From: Oscillospiraceae bacterium
GTDB taxonomy: Bacteria; Bacillota; Clostridia; Oscillospirales; CAG-272
Assembly (NCBI GenBank): GCA_015064345.1
Contig: SVSK01000001.1
Span: forward strand, 6,937-70,936
Direction of reading: 5' to 3'
DNA length: 64,000 nucleotides
In this document: piece by piece, positions 25,928 through 36,673 of the stretch
How the letters are laid out: every line of letters starts with the position of its first letter
Numbering within the stretch: position 1 is the stretch's first letter
Translations under genes and position numbers: made by a program
Notes under the pieces: generated by a model
What the model saw: the letters and a program-made list of their open reading frames with translations, nothing else
Told to the model about the DNA's origin: nothing
The model's database searches: none

Positions 25928-27916
25928 ATGATCAAAATGGATACCATAGAAAAAACAAACTTGCCGTATGAGGACGCATCTTATCCGGCATATCTCTTCC
26001 ATCAAGGAACCAATTTCGCTTCATATGAATATCTTGGAGCTCACGAAAAGAAGACAGATGACGGTTACAGATGCGTTTTTCGTGTCTGGGCACCGAATGC
26101 AAAGAGCGTCAGCCTCATGTCGGATTTCACGGGCTGGGATAACGGACAGCCAATGATGAGGGTGACGGACTCAGGGGTTTGGGAAACCACCGTGGAGGCC
26201 TCTGAATCCTTCGTGGGCAAGTATTATAAATACGCTGTGACAGGGCAGAATGGGGTTACTCACTTAAAGTCAGACCCATATGCATTCCACTCGGAAACGC
26301 TGTCGAGAACTGCCTCGATAATTGCCGATATTTCAGGTTATACATGGCATGATGAGGACTGGATGAAGAAGCGCAGTGCAACCCTTTGCCCGAAGACAAG
26401 AGGCTTCAAGCCAAAGGTAAACCATTTCTACAGCGCACCGCTGAACATTTACGAGGTACATCTTGGGTCGTGGAGAACAAAGGACGGCAAGAGTACCGTT
26501 GGCGGCGAAAACTATCTTAATTACCGCGAGATTGCCGATAGATTGTCTGCTTATCTTATGGACATGGGTTACACTCATGTTGAGCTGTTGCCAATTACCG
26601 AGCATCCCTTCGACGGCTCGTGGGGATATCAGGTAACAGGCTACTATGCACCAACCTCAAGATTCGGAACGCCTGAGGACTTCAGATATTTCGTTGAGAA
26701 AATGCACTCCTGCGGAATCGGCGTTATCCTCGACTGGGTACCCGCCCACTTCCCGAAGGACGAGCACGGACTGTATGAATTCGACGGTCAGCCGCTTTAC
26801 GAATATCAAGGCTGGGACAGAATGGAAAACGAGGTCTGGGGCACACGTTACTTCGACGTAGGACGCCCGGAGGTTCAGTCATTCCTTATTTCCAACGCGC
26901 TTTTCTGGATGAGGGAATACCACATCGACGGACTTAGAATAGACGCGGTTGCGGCGATGCTGTATCTGGACTTCGACAGAAAGCCCGGTCAGTGGTTGCC
27001 GAACTCCGAGGGGAACAATAAAAATCTCGAAGCTATTGCTTTCTTCAAGAAGCTCAATACCGCTGTATTCGGCGAATTCCCCGATGCGCTGATGATTGCT
27101 GAGGAATCCACCTCATGGCCTATGATAACAAAGCCGGTTTACGACGGAGGCCTCGGATTTAACTTCAAGTGGAACATGGGCTGGGCGAACGATGTTTTTG
27201 AATACGTCAAGACAGACCCGGTGCATCGCAAATATCATCATAACAAGCTGACTTTCCCGCTTATGTACGCATTCAGCGAGAATTACATCTTGCCCATATC
27301 TCACGATGAGGTGGTTCACTGTAAGGGATCCCTTGTGAACAAGTGCTTCGGTGAGTACGATGATAAATTTGCCTGCATGAGAACGCTTATCATGTACATG
27401 ATGACGTTGCCGGGCAAGAAGCTTATGTTCATGGGCACTGAATTTGCACAGTTCCGCGAATGGGACTTTGAGAATCAGCTTGAATGGTTCATGATCGATT
27501 ATCCGCGTCATGTGGAGATGCAGAGATTCGTCCGTGCCATCAACCACCTTTATCTCGAAAGCTCCGAGCTTTGGGATATTGATGACGGCTGGGACGGATT
27601 TGAGTGGATCGACCCTGATATGGCGGACCTCAACATAATTTCCTACCGCAGACGCGACAAAAAGGGCAAGGAAATGGTAGTTGTTCTGAACTTCGCACCT
27701 GTTGAGAGACAGAACTTTGAGGTCGAAGTGCCGAAGATGGGCAGATACGAGGAGATACTCACCACCGACAGATACGAGTTCGGCGGCAAGAACAGGCTTA
27801 ACGAAGATGCTGTCCGCTCTCGCTTAGTCACGGATGAGTACGGAAACAAAAAGAATGTAATAAATATCACTCTTCCCGCACTCGGCGGTGTTATTCTCAA
27901 GAAACAGCAAAATTAA
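25928..27916 (+). CDS. glgB: 1,4-alpha-glucan branching enzyme
   Basis: 662-aa ORF. GH13 subfamily 9 motifs (DWVPAHF, GLRIDAV, EESTSWP, LPISHDEVVH). An alternative ATG is at 25937. Confidence 0.95.
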   Translation: MIKMDTIEKTNLPYEDASYPAYLFHQGTNFASYEYLGAHEKKTDDGYRCVFRVWAPNAKSVSLMSDFTGWDNGQPMMRVTDSGVWETTVEASESFVGKYYKYAVTGQNGVTHLKSDPYAFHSETLSRTASIIADISGYTWHDEDWMKKRSATLCPKTRGFKPKVNHFYSAPLNIYEVHLGSWRTKDGKSTVGGENYLNYREIADRLSAYLMDMGYTHVELLPITEHPFDGSWGYQVTGYYAPTSRFGTPEDFRYFVEKMHSCGIGVILDWVPAHFPKDEHGLYEFDGQPLYEYQGWDRMENEVWGTRYFDVGRPEVQSFLISNALFWMREYHIDGLRIDAVAAMLYLDFDRKPGQWLPNSEGNNKNLEAIAFFKKLNTAVFGEFPDALMIAEESTSWPMITKPVYDGGLGFNFKWNMGWANDVFEYVKTDPVHRKYHHNKLTFPLMYAFSENYILPISHDEVVHCKGSLVNKCFGEYDDKFACMRTLIMYMMTLPGKKLMFMGTEFAQFREWDFENQLEWFMIDYPRHVEMQRFVRAINHLYLESSELWDIDDGWDGFEWIDPDMADLNIISYRRRDKKGKEMVVVLNFAPVERQNFEVEVPKMGRYEEILTTDRYEFGGKNRLNEDAVRSRLVTDEYGNKKNVINITLPALGGVILKKQQN

Positions 27917-27961
27917 TTTCAGCTAATCATTACTAATAAGAAATATACACTGGAGGTCATC

Positions 27962-29167
27962 ATGTATAAGAAACAGGAATGTGTAGCAATGCTCCTTGCC
28001 GGCGGACAGGGAAGCAGACTTTACACGCTTACTGAAAAGACAGCAAAACCGGCGGTTCCTTTCGGCGGAAAGTATCGTATTATCGACTTTCCTCTGTCTA
28101 ACTGTGTGAATTCAGGCATTTTCACAGTTGGTGTACTTACACAGTATCAGCCGCTTCAGCTGAATGAGTATATCGGTAACGGCCGTCCCTGGGACCTTGA
28201 CCGAGCTCAGAGCGGTGTACGTGTTTTGCCACCTTATCAGGGAAAGGACGGCGCAGACTGGTACAAGGGCACCGCAAATGCCATATACCAGAATCTGAAT
28301 TTCATTAACCGTTATGATCCGGATTACGTGCTTATCCTCTCAGGTGACCATATCTACAAGATGGATTACGATAAGATGCTCGCTGCCCATAAGGAGACCG
28401 GTGCGGACTGTACTATCGCTGTTCTTGAGGTGCCGATTGAAGAAGCAAGCAGATTCGGTATCATGAATACTGATGATAATTTGAAGATAATTGAGTTTGA
28501 AGAAAAGCCGAAGGTGCCGAAGAGCAATAAGGCATCTATGGGTATATATATCTTCAACAGAGACGTGCTTAGCAAATATCTTATTGAGGATGAGGCAGAC
28601 CCCAATTCCTCAAAGGACTTCGGTAAGAATATCATCCCAAAAATGCTCGCTGACGGTAAGAAGATGTACGCTTATCCCTTCAGCGGTTACTGGAAGGACG
28701 TTGGAACCATCCAGTCTCTCTGGGAAGCTAATATGGACCTTCTGGGCGAGTCTCCCGAATTTGACCTGCGCGACAGAAAGTGGAGAATCTACTCCCGCAA
28801 CTATTCCGACCCGCCGCAGTCTATCGGAAAGTACGCAAGAATATCCAACTCCCTCATTACAGAAGGCTGTAATATTGAGGGTATCGTTGAAAACTCCGTG
28901 CTTGCAAGCGGAGTAAAGGTTGCCCGCGGTGCATATATCAAGGACTCCATCATCATGAAGAACGTTACCATAGGTGAGGGCACTACCATCAACTACTCAA
29001 TCATCGACAGCGATACAGCAATCGGTGCAGGATGCGTTATCGGAAGAACCAAGAGCTCAGGTGAGGATATCACAGTAATCGGCTCTGATCTCGAACTTCG
29101 TCCCGGCACTGATGTGGCTGGCGGAGAAATGGTAAATGCAGCTTGGCTTGAAAATAATAAACAGTAA
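27962..29167 (+). CDS. glgC: Glucose-1-phosphate adenylyltransferase, catalytic subunit
   Basis: 401-aa ORF. LAGG.GSRL..LT...AKPAV.FGG.YRIIDF.LSN motif. C-terminal left-handed beta-helix. Confidence 0.95.
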   Translation: MYKKQECVAMLLAGGQGSRLYTLTEKTAKPAVPFGGKYRIIDFPLSNCVNSGIFTVGVLTQYQPLQLNEYIGNGRPWDLDRAQSGVRVLPPYQGKDGADWYKGTANAIYQNLNFINRYDPDYVLILSGDHIYKMDYDKMLAAHKETGADCTIAVLEVPIEEASRFGIMNTDDNLKIIEFEEKPKVPKSNKASMGIYIFNRDVLSKYLIEDEADPNSSKDFGKNIIPKMLADGKKMYAYPFSGYWKDVGTIQSLWEANMDLLGESPEFDLRDRKWRIYSRNYSDPPQSIGKYARISNSLITEGCNIEGIVENSVLASGVKVARGAYIKDSIIMKNVTIGEGTTINYSIIDSDTAIGAGCVIGRTKSSGEDITVIGSDLELRPGTDVAGGEMVNAAWLENNKQ

Positions 29168-29187
29168 GGAAAGGACGGAGTACAAAA

Positions 29188-30321
29188 ATGTCAGCATCAG
29201 GAATTATTTTCTCGAATATTCACGATAATAACATACCGGAGCTTACCAGAATGCGTACTATCGCGTCCGTGCCTTTTGGTTGCCGTTATCGTTTCATTGA
29301 CTTTACCCTCTCTAACATGGTAAACTCAAACATTTACAACATAAGCGTTATTACACATCTTAACTATCAGTCTCTTATGGACCATATCGGCTCCGGTAAG
29401 GACTGGGACCTTGCACGTCGCTCCGGCGGTATCAAAATCCTGCCTCCTTACATTACCGCATATGCGGATAAGAACACAAATTTGTATCCCACACGTCTTG
29501 AAGCGCTCAAAAACGTAAGCAACGCTATCAACCGCATAACTGACGATTACGTTGTGCTCTCTGACTGCGACGTTATTTGCAACGTTGACTTTAACGATAT
29601 GATCGAATATCACCGCAAGACGGGCGCAGATATGACATTTGCAGTCAAGACGGTTTCTCTGACCAAGGAAACAGCAAAGCTGAACGTAATTTATAATTCC
29701 GACGAAGAGGGAAGACTCAACGGAGTACTAGCTTATCCTGTAAACTTTGAGGGTGAAGCGGATATCAGCCTTAACATGATCGTAATGAGCACAGCTTATC
29801 TTCGTCAGATCGTTGCGGAAGCTGTTGCATATGATCACATCAGTATTACAAGAGACGTAATCGCACGCAATCTTGAGAGAATGAACTACCGTATATACAA
29901 GTATGACGGCTATTTTGCTTGCATATCATCTCTTGTGGACTACTTCCAGCACAGCATGGACCTTATCACCAATTCTCATGCAAGAGATTCGCTGTTCAAT
30001 GTTAAGAACCGTCCTGTGCTTACAAAGGTAAGAAACTCCACTCCCGCATATTATAGCCCCACCGCAAGAGTTGACAGCTCCATGATCGCGGACGGATGCT
30101 ATATTGAGGGTACTGTTGAGAATTCTATTATCTTCCGCGGCGTAAAGATCGGCAGAAACGCAACGGTTAAGAACAGCATCATCATGCAGGACACTATCGT
30201 TGGCGACGGAGCTCATCTTAACTATGTAATCACAGATAAGAATGCAGTTATCCGCGACGGTACAATGCTTGTAGGTGCTGAAGCACAGCCCTTCTATGTA
30301 TCAAAAGGTAAGATGATATAA
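29188..30321 (+). CDS. glgD: Glucose-1-phosphate adenylyltransferase, GlgD subunit
   Basis: 377-aa paralogue of GlgC lacking the G-rich loop (RTIASVPFGCRYRFIDFTLSN). Position between glgC and glgA as in the Firmicute glgBCDAP operon. Confidence 0.9.
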   Translation: MSASGIIFSNIHDNNIPELTRMRTIASVPFGCRYRFIDFTLSNMVNSNIYNISVITHLNYQSLMDHIGSGKDWDLARRSGGIKILPPYITAYADKNTNLYPTRLEALKNVSNAINRITDDYVVLSDCDVICNVDFNDMIEYHRKTGADMTFAVKTVSLTKETAKLNVIYNSDEEGRLNGVLAYPVNFEGEADISLNMIVMSTAYLRQIVAEAVAYDHISITRDVIARNLERMNYRIYKYDGYFACISSLVDYFQHSMDLITNSHARDSLFNVKNRPVLTKVRNSTPAYYSPTARVDSSMIADGCYIEGTVENSIIFRGVKIGRNATVKNSIIMQDTIVGDGAHLNYVITDKNAVIRDGTMLVGAEAQPFYVSKGKMI

Positions 30322-30388
30322 TGTGATAAAGTGGCGTGGGGCATATCTGTGCTTCACGCCAAACTGAATGAATGAGAGGAGGATATTT

Positions 30389-31828
30389 ATGAAAATATTG
30401 TATGCGGCTTCCGAGGCGTTGCCCTATATATCCACAGGCGGACTTGCGGATGTTGTTGGCTCACTTCCGAAGGCAGTAAAGGCAGAACTTGGCGGAAATG
30501 CAGACGTCAGAGTTGTTATTCCCATGTATCCCGCTATTCGTGATAAATATTTTGATAAGCTTGAGCTTGTATGCGAGACGACAGTAAGACTTGCTTGGCG
30601 AAACCAGTACTGCGGTATCTGGAAAACCGTGTCTGACGGGGTGACATTCTATTTTATAGATAATCTCTACTATTTTGAGAGAAGTATGCTTTACGGCAAC
30701 TTCGATGACGCGGAAAGATTTGCTTTCTTCTCGAAATGCGTGCTGGAGCTGATGGCAGCGGTGAACTTCTATCCCGACGTTCTTCATGCCAACGACTGGC
30801 AGACCGCGCTTTCAGTCATATACTTAAAACGTAAGTATGCGCATCTTGAGGAATACAGACGAATATCCGCTCTGTTTACCATCCACAACATTGACTACCA
30901 AGGCGTGTTTGACTTCGGAATCCTCGGTGACGTGTTTGAACTTCCCGAATGGGACAGAAGCATTGTTGAATATAACGGATGCATCAATCTTCTTAAAGGA
31001 GCAATCGCCTGTGCCGACATGGTAAACACCGTAAGCCCCACGTACTCCCGTGAGATACTTACAGAGTACTACGCAAGCGGACTGCACCACATCCTTCGCC
31101 AGATTGACTGGGAGGGTAAGCTGACAGGCATCATCAACGGCATTGACGTGGGATATTATAACTCGGAAACAGACCCCGATATCGCCGCAACCTTTACAGC
31201 TGACGACCTGTCAGGCAAGGCGATCGACAAGGCTGACCTTCAGCGCACCTGCGGACTCCCCGAGAAACCCGACGTACCTGTTATCGCAATGGTATCCCGA
31301 CTCGCGGCACATAAGGGATTTGACCTTGTAAAGCGCGTTATTGAAGAGCTGATAACTTGCACAACTGCACAGTTTGTGCTTCTCGGAACAGGTGAACCGA
31401 TGCTTGAGAGATTCTTCTACGACCTCGGACAGCGTCATCCCGACAGATTCTGCGTAAAACTGGAGTACAACAAGGCGCTCTCAAAGAAATTCTATGCAGG
31501 TGCCGATATGTTCCTTATGCCATCAAAGAGTGAGCCTTGCGGACTTGCACAAATGATCGCCTCAAGGTACGGAACGGTTCCGATCGTTCGTGAGTGCGGC
31601 GGACTTGCAGATACAATCCGTCCATTTAACGAATATGATGAAACAGGAAACGGTTTTTCATTCAAAAACTACAATGCCCACGATATGAAACACGTTGTTG
31701 AATATGCAATCTCCATGTATTGCCATCATTCCAAATGGCGAAATTTGGTGAAAAACACAATGAATGTTGATTTTTCATGGAATGTTTCGGCAAAAAGATA
31801 TATTGATATATACAACAAAATCGGGTAA
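30389..31828 (+). CDS. glgA: Glycogen synthase (ADP-glucose type, GT5)
   Basis: MKILYAASEALPY..TGGLADV is the canonical GlgA N-terminus (KTGGL-type motif). GGAGG lies upstream of ATG 30389. The track start at 30368 adds 7 codons. Confidence 0.93.
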   Translation: MKILYAASEALPYISTGGLADVVGSLPKAVKAELGGNADVRVVIPMYPAIRDKYFDKLELVCETTVRLAWRNQYCGIWKTVSDGVTFYFIDNLYYFERSMLYGNFDDAERFAFFSKCVLELMAAVNFYPDVLHANDWQTALSVIYLKRKYAHLEEYRRISALFTIHNIDYQGVFDFGILGDVFELPEWDRSIVEYNGCINLLKGAIACADMVNTVSPTYSREILTEYYASGLHHILRQIDWEGKLTGIINGIDVGYYNSETDPDIAATFTADDLSGKAIDKADLQRTCGLPEKPDVPVIAMVSRLAAHKGFDLVKRVIEELITCTTAQFVLLGTGEPMLERFFYDLGQRHPDRFCVKLEYNKALSKKFYAGADMFLMPSKSEPCGLAQMIASRYGTVPIVRECGGLADTIRPFNEYDETGNGFSFKNYNAHDMKHVVEYAISMYCHHSKWRNLVKNTMNVDFSWNVSAKRYIDIYNKIG

Positions 31829-31907
31829 AATATAATATAGGATAAATTCAGCGCAGTCTGACTATTTTTGCCGGACTGCGCCGAAATAAATTTCAGGGGC
31901 AGAAAAT

Positions 31908-34337
31908 ATGGACAAAAACAACAAATACTCAGCTCAGAAGATCAGAGAGAATCTCGAAGCAAAGCTGAGAAATTATTACGGAGTCAGCCCGAGTGAGGCA
32001 ACTGAAGAGCAGATCTATAAGATCACTATGCTCAGTGCAAAGGATCTGCTTACTTCCAAGCGCTCTGTTTTCCGTGAGGATATAAAGCGCGAGCATCCCA
32101 AGAGAGTGTACTATATGTGCATGGAATTCCTCATGGGACGTCAGCTTAAGAATAATCTGATGAATCTCGGTGTTGCGGATCAGTACAGAGAAGTACTTGC
32201 CGACATGGGATTTGATCTTGACAAAATATATGAGCTCGAGCCTGATCCGGGTCTCGGTAACGGCGGCCTCGGCAGACTTGCGGCTTGCTTTATGGACTCT
32301 CTTACCGCACTTGATTACGCGGCAACAGGCTTCTCCATTTGTTACGAATACGGTCTGTTCAAGCAGCGCATTATTGACGGTAACCAGGTTGAGCTTCCCG
32401 ATGACTGGATGAGTGACGGCAGCCCGTGGCTTGTTCCGAGAACTGACAAGGCATTCAATGTCAAGCTCGGCGGTACAGTAAGAGAAAGCTGGGACAGCGG
32501 CAGATGCGAGTTCACATACGAGAACTATCAGGAAGTTCGCGCTGTACCATATGATATGATGATCTCCGGCGCTGATTCCAAGGCGGTAAACGTTCTCCGT
32601 CTGTGGAAGGCTGTTGATACCTCCAACTTCAACATGAACCTGTTCTCACAGGGTGAATACGTTAAGGCTATTCAGGAGATATCCAATGCGGAAGTCATCT
32701 CCAAGGTGCTCTATCCCTCTGATGACCACGAAGAAGGTAAGCTGCTCCGTCTTACACAGCAGTATTTCCTTGTATCCGCATCTCTTCAGAGCATAATCTC
32801 CGACCACCTTGCACAGTACGGCACACTGTATAACTTTGCTGACAAGGTGGCTATCCACATCAACGATACTCACCCGGCGCTGTGTATTCCCGAGCTTATG
32901 CGTATCCTCATGGACATTTACTCCTACTCTTGGGAGTCTGCGTGGTCAATTGTTACCCGCGTAATGTCCTACACAAACCACACAGTATTACCCGAGGCGC
33001 TTGAATCCTGGAACGTATATCTGTTCAAGATGAAGCTCCCGAGAATTTATATGATCGTTGAAGAGATCAACCGCAGACTTTGCGCAGATCTTTGGAATAT
33101 GTACCCCGGCGACTGGGACAGAATCTCACGCATGGCTATTGTTGCTCATTCCCAGGTCAGAATGGCAAACCTCAGCGTAGCGGCTTCTCACGCAGTAAAC
33201 GGCGTATCCGAGCTTCACTCCGATATTCTGAAGCGTACTGTTTTCCATGATTACTACAAGGCAATGCCCTATAAGTTTACCAACGTAACAAACGGTATTG
33301 CAATGAGACGTTGGCTGTGCTACTCCAACCCCGGACTTACAGCCCTTCTTGACGAAACTATCGGACCTGAATATCGCAAGAATTTCGAGCTTCTTTCAGG
33401 CTTCAAGAAGTATGAGGACGACACCGCTATCCACGAAAGACTCCGCGCTATTAAGACAGAGAACAAGGAGACATTTGCGGCTTACTACAAGGGTAAGACA
33501 GGCAAGACTATCGACACAAGCTCCGTATTTGACGTTCAGGTTAAGAGAATGCACGAATATAAGCGTCAGCTTCTCAACGTGCTTAAGATTATTGCTCTCT
33601 ATAACGAGATCAAAGCTCATCCGAACGGAAGCTATACTCCCACCACGTTCATCTTCGGCGGTAAGGCTGCTCCCGGATACTATAAGGCGAAGGATATCAT
33701 CAAGCTGATCTGGAAGCTTGGTGAGGAGATAGAGAAGGATAAGAAGGTTCGTGACATACTGAAGGTCATCTATCTTGAGGACTACAACGTAAGCACGGCT
33801 GAGGTTCTTATGCCTGCAACCGATATCAGTGAGCAGATCTCTCTCGCAGGTAAGGAAGCCAGCGGTACAGGCTGCATGAAGTTCATGGTAAACGGCGCGC
33901 TTACTCTCGGTACACTTGACGGCGCAAACGTTGAAATGAAGGATGCTGTGGGAGACGATAACATCTACATCTTCGGTCTGCGTGCTGAAGAGGTTGACGA
34001 TCTCTGGAAGCAGGGCTACTCCTCCCTCAGATATTACAACAGCAGCGAAAGACTCAAGGGCACTATCGACAGACTGCTGGGCACATTCGGCGGATGCAAC
34101 TATACTTCCATGTATAATTACTTCCTCCACAGCCCCGGTATTGCCGACCCTTATATGTGTCTCGCTGACTTTGATTCTTATATGAGCACATTCAACACAA
34201 TGATCGACACTTACCACGATCAGACAGCATGGACAAAGAAGTCGCTCAACAATATTGCAGGCGCAGGATTCTTCTCTGCAGACAGAAGCATACGCGAATA
34301 TGCCGACAGAATCTGGCACATTTCCGAAGTAAAATAA
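31908..34337 (+). CDS. glgP: Glycogen/maltodextrin phosphorylase (GT35)
   Basis: 809-aa ORF. PLP-lysine region EASGTG.MKF..NGALT.GT.DGANVE and GNGGLGRLAAC motifs. Confidence 0.95.
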   Translation: MDKNNKYSAQKIRENLEAKLRNYYGVSPSEATEEQIYKITMLSAKDLLTSKRSVFREDIKREHPKRVYYMCMEFLMGRQLKNNLMNLGVADQYREVLADMGFDLDKIYELEPDPGLGNGGLGRLAACFMDSLTALDYAATGFSICYEYGLFKQRIIDGNQVELPDDWMSDGSPWLVPRTDKAFNVKLGGTVRESWDSGRCEFTYENYQEVRAVPYDMMISGADSKAVNVLRLWKAVDTSNFNMNLFSQGEYVKAIQEISNAEVISKVLYPSDDHEEGKLLRLTQQYFLVSASLQSIISDHLAQYGTLYNFADKVAIHINDTHPALCIPELMRILMDIYSYSWESAWSIVTRVMSYTNHTVLPEALESWNVYLFKMKLPRIYMIVEEINRRLCADLWNMYPGDWDRISRMAIVAHSQVRMANLSVAASHAVNGVSELHSDILKRTVFHDYYKAMPYKFTNVTNGIAMRRWLCYSNPGLTALLDETIGPEYRKNFELLSGFKKYEDDTAIHERLRAIKTENKETFAAYYKGKTGKTIDTSSVFDVQVKRMHEYKRQLLNVLKIIALYNEIKAHPNGSYTPTTFIFGGKAAPGYYKAKDIIKLIWKLGEEIEKDKKVRDILKVIYLEDYNVSTAEVLMPATDISEQISLAGKEASGTGCMKFMVNGALTLGTLDGANVEMKDAVGDDNIYIFGLRAEEVDDLWKQGYSSLRYYNSSERLKGTIDRLLGTFGGCNYTSMYNYFLHSPGIADPYMCLADFDSYMSTFNTMIDTYHDQTAWTKKSLNNIAGAGFFSADRSIREYADRIWHISEVK

Positions 34338-34339
34338 TT

Positions 34340-36250
34340 ATGATAAAGAATTTCGAAGAGTATAAATTCGATATTCAATCAAACCGTGATGTGTCGCTGT
34401 TTGGGGCTTTCCCATGCGGCGGCACTGTGCGTTTTGAGGTCAGAATACCGAAAACGATAAATCCGCGGAAGGTGGATATGGTCATTCACGAGGACGGCTG
34501 GGGTAGAGACGAGAAGGTGTACGGCAGACTTGAGTTTGCAATGTCGGACACTTCTGATGATTATATAAGCTTTTCACGCGAGATAGAGCTTTCAAGCATA
34601 CTTCAAGGCAAGCGTGGACTGTACTATTATCATTACGCTGTGTTTACTTCTGACGGCACTGTATATTATGGCGGAGAGCGTCCTACAACGCTTACACAGC
34701 TTATAGATTTCGTTGGCGAACGTCAGCTCCTTTTGTACGATGACGGCTATAAAACGTCTGAGAGCTTCACACGGGGTATTGTGTATCAGATATTCGTTGA
34801 CAGATTCAAGAGAAGCGGCAGATGCGGTGTAAGAAGTGACGCCATTCTCAACGAGGACTGGTCGGGCGGTATACCCCAGTACGCTGAATATCCGGGCGCA
34901 CCTCTTCTCAACAATATGTTCTTTGGCGGCGACCTTTACGGCGTTGCTGATGAGCTTGAATACATATCATCCCTCGGAGTGAGCACCATCTACCTCTGCC
35001 CCGTGTTTGAGGCATATTCCAATCACAAATATGACACGGGCGACTACATGAAGGTTGACGATATGTTCGGCGGAGACGGCGCGTTAACCGAGCTGTGCGA
35101 GAAGGCGAGAGCATACGAAATCGACATAATTCTTGACGGTGTGTTCAATCATACGGGCTCCGACAGCGTTTACTTCAACAGAAGCGGAAGATACGATAGC
35201 AAGGGCGCATATCAGTCGAAGGAGTCACCGTATTATTCTTGGTACGGATTCTCAAATCATCCCGACAAGTACGATTGCTGGTGGGGAATTGACATTCTCC
35301 CGCGAGTTGACAGCGCAAATCCAGACTACAGACGGTTCATCTGCGATTCGGTTGTTGAAAAGTGGATGAAGGCGGGCGTGGCAGGCTGGAGACTTGACGT
35401 AGCAGATGAGATATCGGGAGAATTTCTCGATGATTTGAGACTTGCTGTAAAATCCCGAAATCCCGACGGTGTTATTATCGGCGAGGTTTGGGAGGATGCT
35501 ACGGACAAGGTAAGCTATAGCCAGAGACGGGAATATCTCCAGGGCGGTCAGCTTGACTCTGTGATGAACTATCCCCTCCGCGGTGCCGTAATTGCCTATG
35601 TAATGAACGGTGACAGCGAGCGGCTGAGATACAACACCGAATCCCTCTACAGAAGATACCCGAAGATATCCTCTGACAATCTGCTCAACTTCCTTGGTAC
35701 CCATGATACCGAGCGCATACTGACGGTCCTCAGCGGTGTACCAGCGGGAAACAGAAGCAACAAGGAGCTTTCAACGGCTAAGATGAGCGACAAAGAAAGA
35801 AGAGTCGCTGTTGACAGACTGAAGTTTGCTTATGCGCTTATAGCAGGCCTTCCCGGAGCACCGTGCGTGTTCTACGGAGATGAGGCGGGGATTGAGGGAT
35901 ATCGTGACCCATTCTGCCGCCGCACGTTCCCATGGTCCAACATGAACCGTGAGCTTCTACGCCACTACCGCATGATAGGTGCAATCCGTAAAGAGCACAA
36001 GGTATTCCGCGACGGTCTGTTCAGGATTCTCTCACTTACACCTGAGCATTTTGTATATTTGCGCGAGCCGTATACAGAGGGTGAAGAGAAGATCGTTGTT
36101 GCGGCAAGCCGTGTGGGTAAGCTGAACATATGCTTCCCGGGAAAGGTACGAAAGCTGTACGGCACTGAAGAGTATGTCCGCGATTACACAGTCTCCGAGG
36201 GAGAGGTGGAATACTTCGCTTGTCCGATAGATATGGATTTCACAAGATAA
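34340..36250 (+). CDS. GH13 alpha-amylase family enzyme (neopullulanase/cyclomaltodextrinase-like)
   Basis: GH13 conserved regions (DGVFNHTG, GWRLDVADE, IGEVWED, FLGTHD). ATG at 34340, 2 nt after the glgP stop. The track start at 34229 lies inside glgP. Confidence 0.88.
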   Translation: MIKNFEEYKFDIQSNRDVSLFGAFPCGGTVRFEVRIPKTINPRKVDMVIHEDGWGRDEKVYGRLEFAMSDTSDDYISFSREIELSSILQGKRGLYYYHYAVFTSDGTVYYGGERPTTLTQLIDFVGERQLLLYDDGYKTSESFTRGIVYQIFVDRFKRSGRCGVRSDAILNEDWSGGIPQYAEYPGAPLLNNMFFGGDLYGVADELEYISSLGVSTIYLCPVFEAYSNHKYDTGDYMKVDDMFGGDGALTELCEKARAYEIDIILDGVFNHTGSDSVYFNRSGRYDSKGAYQSKESPYYSWYGFSNHPDKYDCWWGIDILPRVDSANPDYRRFICDSVVEKWMKAGVAGWRLDVADEISGEFLDDLRLAVKSRNPDGVIIGEVWEDATDKVSYSQRREYLQGGQLDSVMNYPLRGAVIAYVMNGDSERLRYNTESLYRRYPKISSDNLLNFLGTHDTERILTVLSGVPAGNRSNKELSTAKMSDKERRVAVDRLKFAYALIAGLPGAPCVFYGDEAGIEGYRDPFCRRTFPWSNMNRELLRHYRMIGAIRKEHKVFRDGLFRILSLTPEHFVYLREPYTEGEEKIVVAASRVGKLNICFPGKVRKLYGTEEYVRDYTVSEGEVEYFACPIDMDFTR

Positions 36251-36257
36251 TAAAAAA

Positions 36258-36300
36258 GCAGTCTGACGGAAGATTTTCTCCCGAAAGACTGTTTTCTTTT
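36258..36300 (+). terminator. Intrinsic terminator of the glycogen operon
   Basis: CAGTCT (36259-36264) pairs with AGACTG (36286-36291), closing a long imperfect hairpin followed by TTTTCTTTT. Confidence 0.7.
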
Positions 36301-36387
36301 ATTCTGAAAACCACACATTAGACAGCGTAGTACAGTATGGGTATGACGTTTAGCAGTAAAAATTAACGCAAAGGTAGTAACCATTAG

Positions 36388-36549
36388 GCCCCTTCCGGGA
36401 GGAGGCTCCCACGAAGTGGGTGGGGGAGAGTGCGTAACTAATATAGTAAAGCTTAATGTAAGATTACGCAGGCTCCTTCCGTCAGACTCCGTCTGCCACC
36501 TTCCTGTTTTGGAAAAACGGCCGGAGGAAGGCAAATTTAGACTTGCCTT
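36388..36549 (+). ncRNA. Candidate structured RNA of unknown class (very tentative)
   Basis: Convergent intergenic region with no credible CDS. Helices: 36390-36398/36521-31; TGCGTAA 36431-37 with TTACGCA 36464-70, extended by GGGGGAGAG/CTCCTTCC; CAGAC/GTCTG 36483-95; AAGGCAA/TTGCCTT 36528-49. G-U pairs favour the plus strand. No family recognised and no clear promoter. Confidence 0.2.
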
Positions 36550-36640
36550 AGCGAACAGGGGGTAACACTTTTAGACAATTGACAAGATGTGTAAGTGTGT
36601 TTACATACACGCGAGGAGCAGAGGGCTATATCCGCATAAG

Positions 36641-36666
36641 AAAAACCACCTGTTGTTCGGGTGGAT
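36641..36666 (-). terminator. Intrinsic terminator downstream of the 138-aa hypothetical gene
   Basis: On the minus strand: CCACC-CGAACAACA-GGTGG followed by TTTTT (plus-strand coordinates 36641-36664). Confidence 0.65.
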
Positions 36667-36673
36667 TCTTATT

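Noticed and set aside
36410-36432. T-box-like AAGTGGGTGG motif and an SRP-RNA-like CCGGAGGAAGG (36521-31)
   Set aside because: No specifier or Stem I features, no terminator with a T-run, and no downstream plus-strand gene, so it is not a T-box riboswitch. The SRP domain IV consensus (GGUCCGGAAGGAAGCAGC) is not matched. I also could not match tmRNA, RNase P or 6S RNA from memory.
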